A stretch of 64,000 bases of DNA from Clostridia bacterium (GTDB lineage Bacteria; Bacillota; Clostridia; Oscillospirales; Acutalibacteraceae), in NCBI GenBank assembly GCA_017443805.1, contig JAFSXY010000120.1, forward strand, positions 600-64,599. The letters are read 5' to 3'. Of the stretch, positions 17,051 to 26,060 are shown piece after piece. The position numbers were made by a program, and so were the translations under genes. The notes under the pieces were generated by a model, which searched no databases, had not been told where the DNA came from, and saw nothing but the letters and a program-made list of their open reading frames with translations. Within the stretch, counting starts at the first letter, position 1; each line of letters opens with the position of its first letter.

Positions 17051-17905
17051 TTATTCGTTTATATGCATTTGCGCCGCTTTTACGGTGTTGTGCATCAGCA
17101 TGGCGATCGTCATGGGCCCCACGCCGCCGGGAACAGGGGAAATGGCGCCGGCGACCTCTTTTACATGCTCAAAATCCACGTCGCCGCAGAGCTTGCCGTC
17201 CGGCGTGCGGTTTATTCCCACGTCGATAACCGCCGCGCCGGGCTTCACCATATCGGCCGTTACAAAATTCGGCTTCCCGATGGCGGCGATCAGGATGTCG
17301 GCGCTTTTTGTATAGGATTTCAGATCTTTCGTTTTGGAGTGGCAGACCGTAACGGTGGCGTTTTCCCGCAGCATCAGAACCGCGGCGGGTTTGCCCACGA
17401 TATTGCTCCTGCCCAGGATCACGCAGTGCTTTCCGGCTGTCTGTATTCCGGACCGGCGCAGCATTTCAATAATGCCTGCAGGCGTGCAGGGCAGAAAGCA
17501 GTCCTTTCCCGCCAGCAGATTGCACGCGTTGACCGGTGAAAAGCCGTCCACGTCTTTTTTCGGGTCAATGGCGTCGATGACGGCGTTTTCATCAATGTGC
17601 GCCGGCAGCGGCAGCTGGCAAAGGATACCGTCCACCTCCGGCGCGCGGTTCAGTTCGTCAATGCACCGCAGCAGGGTCTCCTGCGTCGTTTCGTAGGGGA
17701 AAGCATATTCCGGCGAGTTTATCCCGCAAAAAACGCACGCTTTTTTCTTATTGTTTACATAGACCCTTGAGGCGGGATCCTCTCCGACGACGATTACGGC
17801 AAGCGTGGGCTGCCGTCCGACTGCGGTCAGTGCCGCCGCAGCCGCCGCGGCTTCGTTTTTTATGTCGGAAGAAATGTCTTTTCCGCTGATGATTTTTGCC
17901 GTCAT
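17051..17905 (-). CDS. folD: Bifunctional methylenetetrahydrofolate dehydrogenase/cyclohydrolase
   Basis: MTAKIISGKDIS...PTLAVIVVGEDPASRVYV...GILCQLPLP...GRSNIVGKP...PVPGGVGPMT. The start is set at the internal ATG at 17903-17905, since the track ORF carries a 56-aa non-homologous extension. Confidence 0.9.
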   Translation of the reverse strand: MTAKIISGKDISSDIKNEAAAAAAALTAVGRQPTLAVIVVGEDPASRVYVNNKKKACVFCGINSPEYAFPYETTQETLLRCIDELNRAPEVDGILCQLPLPAHIDENAVIDAIDPKKDVDGFSPVNACNLLAGKDCFLPCTPAGIIEMLRRSGIQTAGKHCVILGRSNIVGKPAAVLMLRENATVTVCHSKTKDLKSYTKSADILIAAIGKPNFVTADMVKPGAAVIDVGINRTPDGKLCGDVDFEHVKEVAGAISPVPGGVGPMTIAMLMHNTVKAAQMHINE

Positions 17906-17939
17906 ATGCCGGTCCCCTCTTCTCTTTTTATTAATATAC

Positions 17940-17968
17940 ATTATTAAACATTTTCGCCGGTTTGTCAA
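17940..17968 (-). promoter_or_regulatory. Putative folD promoter
   Basis: Minus strand reads TTGACA (17963-17968), a 17-nt spacer, then AATAAT (17940-17945). Confidence 0.45.
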
Positions 17969-18113
17969 ACAAATAATGGCATTTTTTTCGGATCGGTGCA
18001 AAAAAAATATAGACTTCTGAAAAAAAATCATTAAAAACCATTTTTTATAAATATTGTTGATTGAACGGTTCAAAAAGTCGCATGAGAAAATTCACGGTTT
18101 TTTCATTTTTTTC

Positions 18114-18142
18114 TTGACTTTGCATAAAAACTATGTTATTTT
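18114..18142 (+). promoter_or_regulatory. Putative promoter of the LIV-type ABC operon
   Basis: TTGACT (18114-18119), a 17-nt spacer, then TATTTT (18137-18142). A 13-nt palindrome TTGAACGGTTCAA lies at 18061-18073 upstream. Confidence 0.45.
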
Positions 18143-18198
18143 TTAGGTTGTTTCAACCAAAAAACGAAACTCAAAATGATTTTTCAGGAGGAAAAAAC

Positions 18199-19395
18199 AT
18201 GAAAAAGTACACAAAGATCATTGCGCTGCTTCTTTGTCTTGCAATGGCTGTCTGTGTGTTTGCGGCCTGCAAAAAGGGCGGCGACGACACCGACACTACC
18301 GCTGCCGATACCGATGCGACCGTCGACGGTACTCAGACCGCTGCCGGCACGTTCAAAATCGGCCTGATCGGCCCGCTGACCGGCGGCGCAGCCATTTACG
18401 GCAATGCTGCCAAGAACGGCGCGCAGATCGCCGTGGACGAGATCAACGCCAAGGGCGGTATTCAGTTTGAATACAAAGCCGAAGACGATGAGCACGATCC
18501 CGAAAAGAGCGTCAATGCTTACAATACCCTGGTAGACTGGGGCGTACAGGTCATTGTCGGCCCCATCACCACCAAGCCCGCCGTTGCTGTTTCCGCCGAA
18601 GCGTATGCCGACAGAATTTTCTGCCTGACGCCCTCCGCTTCTTCCACCGACGTAATCGACAATAAGGACAATATGTTCCAGGTCTGCTTCACCGACCCCA
18701 ACCAGGGCACCGCGTCTGCCGACTACATTGCCGAGAACTTTGCCGGTAAGAGCGTAGCCGTGATCTACAAGAACGACGACGCTTATTCTCAGGGCATCCG
18801 CGATACGTTTGTGGCCGAGGCCGAAGCCAAGGGCCTGACCGTCGCTTACGAAGGCACCTTTACCGACGCCACCGCGACCGATTTCAGCGTACAGGTCAAC
18901 GCCTCCAAGTCCGCCGGTGCGGAAGTTGTTTTCCTGCCGATGTACTATGAGCCCGCCTCCGTCATCCTGAAGCAGGCTGCCGATATCGACTACGCGCCCG
19001 TATTCTTCGGTGTGGACGGCATGGACGGCATCCTGACCATGGAAGGCTTTGACGCTTCTCTTGCCGAGGGCGTTATGCTGCTGACTCCGTTCTCCGCCGA
19101 CGATCCCGACGCCGCCGATTTTGTGGCTGCGTATCAGGAAGCCTACAATGAAGTTCCGAACCAGTTCGCCGCCGACGGTTACGACGCTGTTTATATCATT
19201 TACGAAGCGCTGCAGGCTGCAGGCTGTACGGCTGACATGAGCGCTGCCGACATCTGCGAGAAGCTGGTTGCCGCCATGCCCACCTTGACCGTTGACGGTC
19301 TGACCGGCGACGGCATGACCTGGGATGCTTCCGGCGCTGTTTCCAAGGCTCCCATGGCTGTTGTGATCAAGGACGGCGTCTATGTGACTCCGTAA
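18199..19395 (+). CDS. ABC transporter substrate-binding lipoprotein, branched-chain amino acid (LivJ/K-like) family
   Basis: AGGAGG RBS precedes MKKYTKIIALLLCLAMAVCVFAAC, which contains a lipobox. The mature protein starts FKIGLIGPLTGGAAIYG, typical of the Leu/Ile/Val-binding family. Start set at the internal ATG 18199. Confidence 0.88.
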   Translation: MKKYTKIIALLLCLAMAVCVFAACKKGGDDTDTTAADTDATVDGTQTAAGTFKIGLIGPLTGGAAIYGNAAKNGAQIAVDEINAKGGIQFEYKAEDDEHDPEKSVNAYNTLVDWGVQVIVGPITTKPAVAVSAEAYADRIFCLTPSASSTDVIDNKDNMFQVCFTDPNQGTASADYIAENFAGKSVAVIYKNDDAYSQGIRDTFVAEAEAKGLTVAYEGTFTDATATDFSVQVNASKSAGAEVVFLPMYYEPASVILKQAADIDYAPVFFGVDGMDGILTMEGFDASLAEGVMLLTPFSADDPDAADFVAAYQEAYNEVPNQFAADGYDAVYIIYEALQAAGCTADMSAADICEKLVAAMPTLTVDGLTGDGMTWDASGAVSKAPMAVVIKDGVYVTP

Positions 19396-19429
19396 CCGGA
19401 CACAAGGTAGATTATATTGTTTTACCGCG

Positions 19430-19459
19430 GGAATGCCGCTTTGAAAAAAGCGGCATTCC
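19430..19459 (+). promoter_or_regulatory. Intercistronic stem-loop between the binding-protein and permease genes
   Basis: 11-bp perfect stem GGAATGCCGCT / AGCGGCATTCC with an 8-nt loop and no following U-tract. Confidence 0.5.
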
Positions 19460-19523
19460 ATGCGTCCATTCGGCTTCCGGTTGAAACCCGTGCGGCCGAT
19501 TTTTCGTTCAACGAGGTATTTCA

Positions 19524-20426
19524 ATGGAATTTCTTTCTTATCTGATCAGCGGGCTCAACCTCGGCAGCGTTTACGCTATCATAGCGCTTGGCTATACGAT
19601 GGTGTACGGTATCGCCAAAATGCTGAACTTTGCGCACGGCGACGTCATCATGGTGGGCGGCTTTATCTCGTATTATGCGCTGGATGCCGTATTCAAAAAG
19701 TCCGGTCTGCCTTTTTGGTTTTCTGCGATCATAGCCGTGGTGTTGGCGATGATCGTCTGCACGGTGCTGGGCGTTTTGATCGAAGGGCTTGCTTACAGGC
19801 CCTTGCGTGCCGCACCTTCGCTGGCTGTTTTGATCACAGCCATCGGCGTGTCGTATTTTCTTCAGAATTCGGCGCTGCTGATCTGCGGGGCACAATTCAA
19901 AACTTACCAGAGCATTATTTCCGGAACGCTGAACCTGTTCGGCGGTGGCCTTTCCATTCCGTACGTTTCCATGCTTACGGTCGTAGTCTGCATTGTGATC
20001 ATGGTCGGTCTGACGCTTTTCACTTCCAAAACCAAAATGGGAAAAGCCATGCGTGCCTGCAGCGAGGATAAGGGCGCCGCACAGCTGATGGGTATCAACG
20101 TAAACAAAACCATTTCCACGACGTTTGCCATCGGTTCCGCGCTGGCTGCTATCGCCGGCGTGCTGCTGTGCTCTTCTTTCCCCATTCTGAAACCGACGAC
20201 CGGCTCCATGCCCGGCATCAAAGCGTTCACGGCTGCGGTGTTCGGCGGTATCGGTTCCATTCCCGGCGCGTTTTTGGGCGGTTTACTGTTGGGGATCATT
20301 GAATCCTTCGCAAAAGCGTATATCAGCACACAGCTGGCCAATACCATCGTATTTGCGGTGCTGATCATTGTTCTGTTGGTTCGTCCGGCAGGTCTGCTCG
20401 GGAAATACGTTCCCGAAAAGGTGTAA
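19524..20426 (+). CDS. livH: Branched-chain amino acid ABC transporter permease (LivH-like)
   Basis: 300-aa polytopic ORF starting MEFLSYLISGLNLGSVYAIIALGYTMVYG. Confidence 0.88.
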   Translation: MEFLSYLISGLNLGSVYAIIALGYTMVYGIAKMLNFAHGDVIMVGGFISYYALDAVFKKSGLPFWFSAIIAVVLAMIVCTVLGVLIEGLAYRPLRAAPSLAVLITAIGVSYFLQNSALLICGAQFKTYQSIISGTLNLFGGGLSIPYVSMLTVVVCIVIMVGLTLFTSKTKMGKAMRACSEDKGAAQLMGINVNKTISTTFAIGSALAAIAGVLLCSSFPILKPTTGSMPGIKAFTAAVFGGIGSIPGAFLGGLLLGIIESFAKAYISTQLANTIVFAVLIIVLLVRPAGLLGKYVPEKV

Positions 20427-20437
20427 GGGGGCGCGAA

Positions 20438-21520
20438 ATGAGTAAAAAGCTTAAAAAACTGAGCGGCGCTCCCAAAAGGGATTATTTTTCCTATCTGCTG
20501 GTTACGGCTGCATTTATTTTGATCACCGCGCTCAACGGCGGCGGCCTGCTGAGCAAACAAATGCAGGGCCTGCTTGTGCCGGTGTGCTGTTATATCATCA
20601 TGGCGCTGTCTCTGAATTTGACCGTCGGTATCATGGGCGAATTAAGCCTGGGACACGCGGGCTTTATGAGCCTCGGCGCGTTTTCCGGCGTTGTGGTTTC
20701 GCAGAGTCTGATCACCGCGGTGCCGAACGATGCGCTCCGTCTGGTGATCTCCATTGCCGTCGGCGCCGTGGTCGCGGCGTTTGCCGGGTTCCTGATCGGT
20801 CTGCCGGTTTTGCGGCTGCGGGGCGATTATCTTGCGATCGTGACCCTTGCGTTCGGTGAGATCATCATGGACGTGATCAATTGCCTGATTGTAGGACACG
20901 ACGCAAACGGTCTGCACGTGATCTTTAATTTCCGCGGCGATAAGACCGTTGCCGATCTCGACCTTGCCGAGGGCGGCGTCGCGATCATCAAGGGCGCGCA
21001 GGGCGCGGTGGGGACCAAAACGATCTCCACTTTTACCGCAGGCTTTATCATTATTCTGATTACCTTATTTATTGTTCTGAATTTCATTCGCAGCCGGACC
21101 GGTCGGGCGGTCATCGCCATCCGGGACAACCGGATCGCGGCGGAGTCCGTCGGTGTGGACGTGATGAAGTATAAAATGATCGCTTTTGTCATATCCACAA
21201 CGCTTGCCGGTATGGCCGGCGCGCTGTACGGCCTGAACTTCAGCATGATCTCGGCGGATAAATTCAATTTCAATACGTCAATTCTTGTCCTGGTCTTTGT
21301 GGTGCTCGGCGGACTGGGTAATATGCTCGGTTCCATTATCGCCGCAACGGTGCTGTACATCCTGCCTGAGGCGCTGCGCGGCCTGCAGGATTACCGTATG
21401 CTGATCTATGCGATCGTATTGATCCTCGTGATGCTCGCCACAAACAACCCGAAGGTCAGAAACCTGTTTCTGCGTATCATTCCCAAACGGAAATCTGCGG
21501 AAGGGGGTACGGCAAAATGA
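20438..21520 (+). CDS. livM: Branched-chain amino acid ABC transporter permease (LivM-like)
   Basis: 360-aa polytopic ORF containing GELSLGHAGFM and RGDYLAIVTLAFGEI. Confidence 0.88.
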   Translation: MSKKLKKLSGAPKRDYFSYLLVTAAFILITALNGGGLLSKQMQGLLVPVCCYIIMALSLNLTVGIMGELSLGHAGFMSLGAFSGVVVSQSLITAVPNDALRLVISIAVGAVVAAFAGFLIGLPVLRLRGDYLAIVTLAFGEIIMDVINCLIVGHDANGLHVIFNFRGDKTVADLDLAEGGVAIIKGAQGAVGTKTISTFTAGFIIILITLFIVLNFIRSRTGRAVIAIRDNRIAAESVGVDVMKYKMIAFVISTTLAGMAGALYGLNFSMISADKFNFNTSILVLVFVVLGGLGNMLGSIIAATVLYILPEALRGLQDYRMLIYAIVLILVMLATNNPKVRNLFLRIIPKRKSAEGGTAK

Positions 21521-22365
21521 GAGAATTTGAAAAGGGCAAAATGGTCCCCATGCCCAGCACGGCGCTGATCCCCGAACGGGACCTCGGCAAAATGCCTGTG
21601 CTCGAATGCATCCATGTGGGAATTGAGTTCGGCGGTCTGAAAGCCGTAGAGGATTTTAACTTCACTATCGGTAAAACCGAGATCGCGGGACTTATAGGGC
21701 CGAACGGCGCCGGGAAGACCACGGTGTTCAATATGCTGACGCGGGTTTATAATCCCACGCACGGCACCATTATGATCGACGGCCAGGATACCACGGGCAA
21801 GTCCACGGTGCAGCTCAGTAAAATGGGCGTTGCCCGGACCTTCCAGAATATCCGTCTGTTTACGGATATGACGGTGGAGGACAACGTACGCGTGGGACTG
21901 CACAATCAAATGAAATATTCTACGGCCTCGGGGATCCTCCGTTTGCCTTCCTTCTGGAAAAAAGAAAAGCAATCGCATGAAAAGGCCATGGAACTGCTGT
22001 CGATTTTTGATATGCAGGACATGGCCGGCACGAAGGCCGGATCGCTGCCCTACGGTGCGCAGCGCCGTCTGGAGATCGTGCGCGCGCTTGCAACGGAGCC
22101 GAAGCTCCTGCTGTTGGACGAACCGGCTGCGGGCATGAACCCCAACGAAACCGGCGAGCTGATGGAAAACATCGTAAAGATCCGCGATACCTTCGGGATC
22201 GCCGTGCTTCTCATCGAGCACGATATGAAGCTGGTCATGGGGATCTGCGAAGGCATCTGCGTGTTAAACTTCGGAAAAATCATTGCCAAGGGTACCGCGG
22301 AAGAGATCCAGCGCAACCCCGAGGTCAACAAGGCCTATCTCGGCAATAACGGCATGGAGGAATGA
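21517..22365 (+). CDS. livG: ABC transporter ATP-binding protein (LivG-like)
   Basis: Walker A GPNGAGKTT, signature LPYGAQRRLEI, Walker B LLLLDEP. ATGA overlap with livM. Confidence 0.88.
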   Translation: MREFEKGKMVPMPSTALIPERDLGKMPVLECIHVGIEFGGLKAVEDFNFTIGKTEIAGLIGPNGAGKTTVFNMLTRVYNPTHGTIMIDGQDTTGKSTVQLSKMGVARTFQNIRLFTDMTVEDNVRVGLHNQMKYSTASGILRLPSFWKKEKQSHEKAMELLSIFDMQDMAGTKAGSLPYGAQRRLEIVRALATEPKLLLLDEPAAGMNPNETGELMENIVKIRDTFGIAVLLIEHDMKLVMGICEGICVLNFGKIIAKGTAEEIQRNPEVNKAYLGNNGMEE

Positions 22366-22368
22366 TCG

Positions 22369-23076
22369 ATGTCAATGCTTGAGGTTAACAATATCAACGT
22401 ATATTACGGTTCCATCCATGCGATCAAGAACATCAGCTTTCGGGTGGACGCGGGAGAGATCGTAACGCTGATCGGCGCAAACGGCGCGGGCAAAAGCACC
22501 ACGCTGCAAACGATTTCCGGACTGCTGCGCTCCAAAACCGGCTTGATCACGTTTCAGGGCAAGCCGCTCGGCAATATCCCCGCACATAAGATCGTTTCCA
22601 TGGGGATCGCGCAGGTGCCGGAGGGCAGACGCATCTTCCAGCAGATGACGGTGGAGGAAAACATCGAAATGGGCGCTTACACCCGTCCCGGTTCCGAGAT
22701 CGCCAAAAGCATGGAAAACGTTTTTCTGCATTTTCCGCGGCTGAAGGAGCGGCGCAAACAGATCGCAGGCACGCTTTCCGGCGGCGAGCAGCAGATGCTT
22801 GCCATGGGACGCGCCATGATGAGCAAGCCGCAGCTTTTAATGCTGGACGAACCCAGCATGGGGCTTTCGCCCATCCTTGTGGACGAGATCTTTGAGATCA
22901 TCAAAGCCTTCCACGAAAGCGGCACAACGATCCTGCTTGTGGAGCAAAACGCGAACAAGGCGCTTTCCGTCGCCGACAGGGCTTACGTGCTGGAGACCGG
23001 TTCCGTTACGCTGGAGGGCAGCGCGCTCAGTCTGATGCATAACGAAAGCGTAAAAAAAGCCTACCTTGGTGAATAA
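22369..23076 (+). CDS. livF: ABC transporter ATP-binding protein (LivF-like)
   Basis: Walker A GANGAGKST, signature LSGGEQQML, Walker B LLMLDEP. Confidence 0.88.
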   Translation: MSMLEVNNINVYYGSIHAIKNISFRVDAGEIVTLIGANGAGKSTTLQTISGLLRSKTGLITFQGKPLGNIPAHKIVSMGIAQVPEGRRIFQQMTVEENIEMGAYTRPGSEIAKSMENVFLHFPRLKERRKQIAGTLSGGEQQMLAMGRAMMSKPQLLMLDEPSMGLSPILVDEIFEIIKAFHESGTTILLVEQNANKALSVADRAYVLETGSVTLEGSALSLMHNESVKKAYLGE

Positions 23077-23084
23077 GTTTTGTA

Positions 23085-23120
23085 AAAAACGGTGCGGAGC
23101 AAAACTCTGCGTCGTTTTTT
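23085..23120 (+). terminator. Intrinsic terminator of the liv operon
   Basis: Stem 23089-23099/23105-23115 (includes G-U pairs) followed by TTTTT. Confidence 0.7.
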
Positions 23121-23121
23121 A

Positions 23122-23151
23122 TTGACAAACGTAAGTAATTTTTTATATAAT
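23122..23151 (+). promoter_or_regulatory. Near-consensus sigma-A promoter for the 426-aa secreted protein gene
   Basis: TTGACA (23122-23127), an 18-nt spacer, then TATAAT (23146-23151). Confidence 0.6.
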
Positions 23152-23186
23152 ATAAGCGGATAAATCTGATTTTCGGAGGCAAAGAT

Positions 23187-24467
23187 ATGAAAAAGTTAAT
23201 CAGTGTTTCACTTTCCGTTTTAATGATCGCGCTGCTGTTTGTGCCCGCGTTCGGTGCGGGCGGCGGCTCCGTGACCTTTGTTGGCCCGAGCGCTGCGTTC
23301 CGGAATGAATTGGACAGTGCAGGGAATTTTATCGGAGACGCGTATTGTTTTGCAAAACCGGTGGATCCCTGGAGGACGAACCTCGGTGCGCAGTTTGAAG
23401 AGGACCCGCTCGGCGATTATGTGTTTTACAACGAGTCGTCCTATGTAACGAAATGGGATATACATCCGTACTATTGGGAGGAGCTGGCTGCGGCACAGCG
23501 GTACAGCCCCGTGACCTACGCGTGCGGGACGCCCGTCACGGAGGACGGCGAAGAATTGGTTTTCTTTGTGCTGACCAGCGGAAAATACAATTCCGCCACA
23601 ATGACGGTGTTGGCTGATAACACGGTCCTTCAGCCGGATATCGACGGCGCGTATCATGTCTCCCTTGACCGGGACGTTACAGTGCGTGTCGTGGAGACGA
23701 CGGACGACTCGCATTCCGGACTGGACCGCAGCCGGTTTACCGTAAAAATGCTGTCCGGCGAGGGCTACAACCTGCGGCCGATGAAAGGGCAGACCTATAA
23801 ATATGTTAAGTTTGACGACGATTTTGAGTTCCGTATCCAGGTCAAAAAGAATTATACGGCGTCCGCCATCAAGGTCAGCGTGATCAGAAACGTCGACTTG
23901 AACAGCGGCGCGGCGGATATGGACGGGCTGGTCAATTTCCTTGGCGGATATGAGGAGTTGAAATCCACCGGCGTCGATGAGGACGGCTACCGGGTGTATA
24001 AGGTGAAGAACGTGCAGTCGGACTGCAGGATCATCGTCTCCGGCGTCCGGGAAAATAAATCTGCGCATATTCTCTCCGTGTTCAAGGAGATCCTCCGTAT
24101 GATCATGAATTTCCTCGGTATCCGCATTACGGAGCTGGAAGACTTTGTCGGTGATTATCACGTAACAGTGGAAAATACGGCGGACGACGTGCTCTGCGCT
24201 ATCCTTGCAGCTGTGGAGCTGGATGAGGAAAACACCTTTGCCGTAACGGCGGGCAGCGGCCTTTCATTCCAGCTGACCAAGCTGGATCGCGACCAGGACG
24301 TCAAGGTTTGGATCTATAAAGCCGACGCCGAACCGACCGATGAAAATTTATATGATCTGACGTGGGTCGCGACCCGGGACGAGGCGAACGCAAGAACGAT
24401 TTATACGGCTATTTGTTATTTGGATAACGTAAAATCAGACATGAAGGTAAAAATAGACAACGGATAA
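23187..24467 (+). CDS. Secreted hypothetical protein (no domain recognised)
   Basis: 426-aa ORF with a GGAGG RBS and a signal peptide MKKLISVSLSVLMIALLFVPAFGAGG. It has its own promoter and terminator. Confidence 0.75.
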   Translation: MKKLISVSLSVLMIALLFVPAFGAGGGSVTFVGPSAAFRNELDSAGNFIGDAYCFAKPVDPWRTNLGAQFEEDPLGDYVFYNESSYVTKWDIHPYYWEELAAAQRYSPVTYACGTPVTEDGEELVFFVLTSGKYNSATMTVLADNTVLQPDIDGAYHVSLDRDVTVRVVETTDDSHSGLDRSRFTVKMLSGEGYNLRPMKGQTYKYVKFDDDFEFRIQVKKNYTASAIKVSVIRNVDLNSGAADMDGLVNFLGGYEELKSTGVDEDGYRVYKVKNVQSDCRIIVSGVRENKSAHILSVFKEILRMIMNFLGIRITELEDFVGDYHVTVENTADDVLCAILAAVELDEENTFAVTAGSGLSFQLTKLDRDQDVKVWIYKADAEPTDENLYDLTWVATRDEANARTIYTAICYLDNVKSDMKVKIDNG

Positions 24468-24526
24468 ATCCGTAAAAAATGAAGGGGCTGTTGCATGCAG
24501 CGCAGACCAAAAAGAAAAGAAAAACG

Positions 24527-24568
24527 AAACGGCACAAGGGTTTCATCTTGTGCCGTTTTATTATTTTG
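24527..24568. terminator. Bidirectional intrinsic terminator between convergent genes
   Basis: 12-bp stem AAACGGCACAAG / CTTGTGCCGTTT, with a T-run downstream on the plus strand and an A-rich tract upstream (T-rich on the minus strand). Confidence 0.75.
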
Positions 24569-24600
24569 TATCCGCAATAAAAATATGATGTATCGTTTGT

Positions 24601-26034
24601 TTATATCCTGCCGTACTGTTCGTTCCAGCGCCGGAATTTGTTCCAGTCGATCTCCGATAACTGCGCTTCGGTTACCCGGTACCCCCAGTTTCCGTCAGTG
24701 ACGCCCGGTTTGTTCATGCGGGTGTCCGCGCCGTAAAGCAGCAGGTCCTGAACCGGGAAAATAACCAGGCCTGCGTGACTTTGCAGCATACACCGGCGAA
24801 TGGGATCAAAGCAGCCGTGCTTACCTTCGCCTGCGCAGCCAAAGTATTCAAATACCGTTCGAAGCGTCTCATCGTCCAGGTCCCAGATGTAGCCCAAAAG
24901 GGTGTTGTTGTCGTGCGTGCCGGTGTATGCGATACAGTTTTCCGGATAGCTGTGCGGGAGGTGCGGGGAATTTCGGTTCCCAAAAAAGCCAAACTGCAGC
25001 ACGCGCATCCCGGGGCAGCCGCTCTTTTTGACCAATGCAGCTACATCGGGTGTGATATCTCCCAGATCCTCCGCGATCAGCAGTCGGTCGCCGCATGCTT
25101 CCCGGATCGCTTTTATGAATTTCATTCCCGGGCCCTTGATCCATTTTCCGTTGCGGGCGGTCTTTTCCGTTGCGGAAATGGAATAATACGCGCTGATCGC
25201 GCGGAAGTGGTCGATCCTTACGCCGTCAAACAGCTCGCACATAAAGCCGATACGGTCCCGCCACCAGGCAAAGCCGTCTTTTTCCATTCGGTTCCAGTCA
25301 TAAAGCGGGTTGCCCCAGAGCTGTCCGTCGACGGCAAAGTAATCCGGCGGGACGCCTGCCACGGCGGCGGGATAAAAATTGCGGTCCAGCTGAAACATCT
25401 CCGGCGCGCTGCGGACGTCCGAGCTGTCAAGGGAAACATAGATCGGGATATCGCCGATGATCTTTATTCCTTTTTTGTTAGCGTAAGCTTTCAGATCCAT
25501 CCATTGTTTGAAAAAGATGAATTGCGTAAAGCGCCATGTGCGCAGCAGCGCTGCGTCCGGAACGGTATTTTTCCATGTTTGCCAGTCGGCGCCGCCGTTG
25601 GCAGCGTCAAGCGCCATGAATTCGCAAAAATCCGCCGTGTGGGGATGGGTCCCGAAAAATGCATCCATCTCGCCGTTGTCCCGATAGCGGGCGGCGGCGA
25701 CGCCCAAAAGCGCCATGCGTTCCCTGTTCAGCCGGTCGAATTCACAGACATAAGGGGTCGTTTGTAACGCGCCGTTCAGTTCTTCCTGCGTCAGAAGGCC
25801 TGCATTGAAGAGCTGCTTCAAGTCGATAAAAAACGGGTTTAAGCTGAACGCGCTGTAGGATTTATAAGGGGAGTTTACCTCGTCCGGCAGACAAAAGGGC
25901 AGCACCTGCCAGTAAGAAAAGCCGCCGGAAGCCAGATCGTCTATCCAGCGTTTTGCTTCTTCGGAGAACGCGCCCTCGCCAAATGCGCCGGGCAGGGAGG
26001 AAATATGCAGCAGTACGCCGCTTGCTCGATTCAT
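24601..26034 (-). CDS. malQ: 4-alpha-glucanotransferase (amylomaltase, GH77)
   Basis: MNRASGVLLHISSLPGAFGEG...YWQVLPF...IGDIPIYV...WGNPLYDW...RIDHFR...TGTHDN. Start set at ATG 26032-26034. The track ORF has an 85-aa Arg-rich extension overlapping the next gene. Confidence 0.88.
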   Translation of the reverse strand: MNRASGVLLHISSLPGAFGEGAFSEEAKRWIDDLASGGFSYWQVLPFCLPDEVNSPYKSYSAFSLNPFFIDLKQLFNAGLLTQEELNGALQTTPYVCEFDRLNRERMALLGVAAARYRDNGEMDAFFGTHPHTADFCEFMALDAANGGADWQTWKNTVPDAALLRTWRFTQFIFFKQWMDLKAYANKKGIKIIGDIPIYVSLDSSDVRSAPEMFQLDRNFYPAAVAGVPPDYFAVDGQLWGNPLYDWNRMEKDGFAWWRDRIGFMCELFDGVRIDHFRAISAYYSISATEKTARNGKWIKGPGMKFIKAIREACGDRLLIAEDLGDITPDVAALVKKSGCPGMRVLQFGFFGNRNSPHLPHSYPENCIAYTGTHDNNTLLGYIWDLDDETLRTVFEYFGCAGEGKHGCFDPIRRCMLQSHAGLVIFPVQDLLLYGADTRMNKPGVTDGNWGYRVTEAQLSEIDWNKFRRWNEQYGRI

Positions 26035-26060
26035 TTTTCTTTCATTCCTTTCCGTTATAC

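Noticed and set aside
18000-18030. CodY-box-like sequence (CTTCTGAAAAAAA) upstream of the liv operon
   Set aside because: Only about 9-10 of 15 positions match AATTTTCWGAAAATT, and it sits in an AT-rich region where such matches are expected by chance.
18184-19524. 446-aa minus-strand ORF antisense to the substrate-binding protein gene
   Set aside because: It is a low-complexity Gly/Arg/Val-rich translation, whereas the sense strand encodes a clear lipoprotein of the LivJ family.
24495-24701. 68-aa plus-strand ORF with a GAAGGGG RBS-like sequence after the orphan secreted protein gene
   Set aside because: It runs through the bidirectional terminator and into the malQ 3' end, with a basic low-complexity N-terminus. 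Most likely fortuitous.
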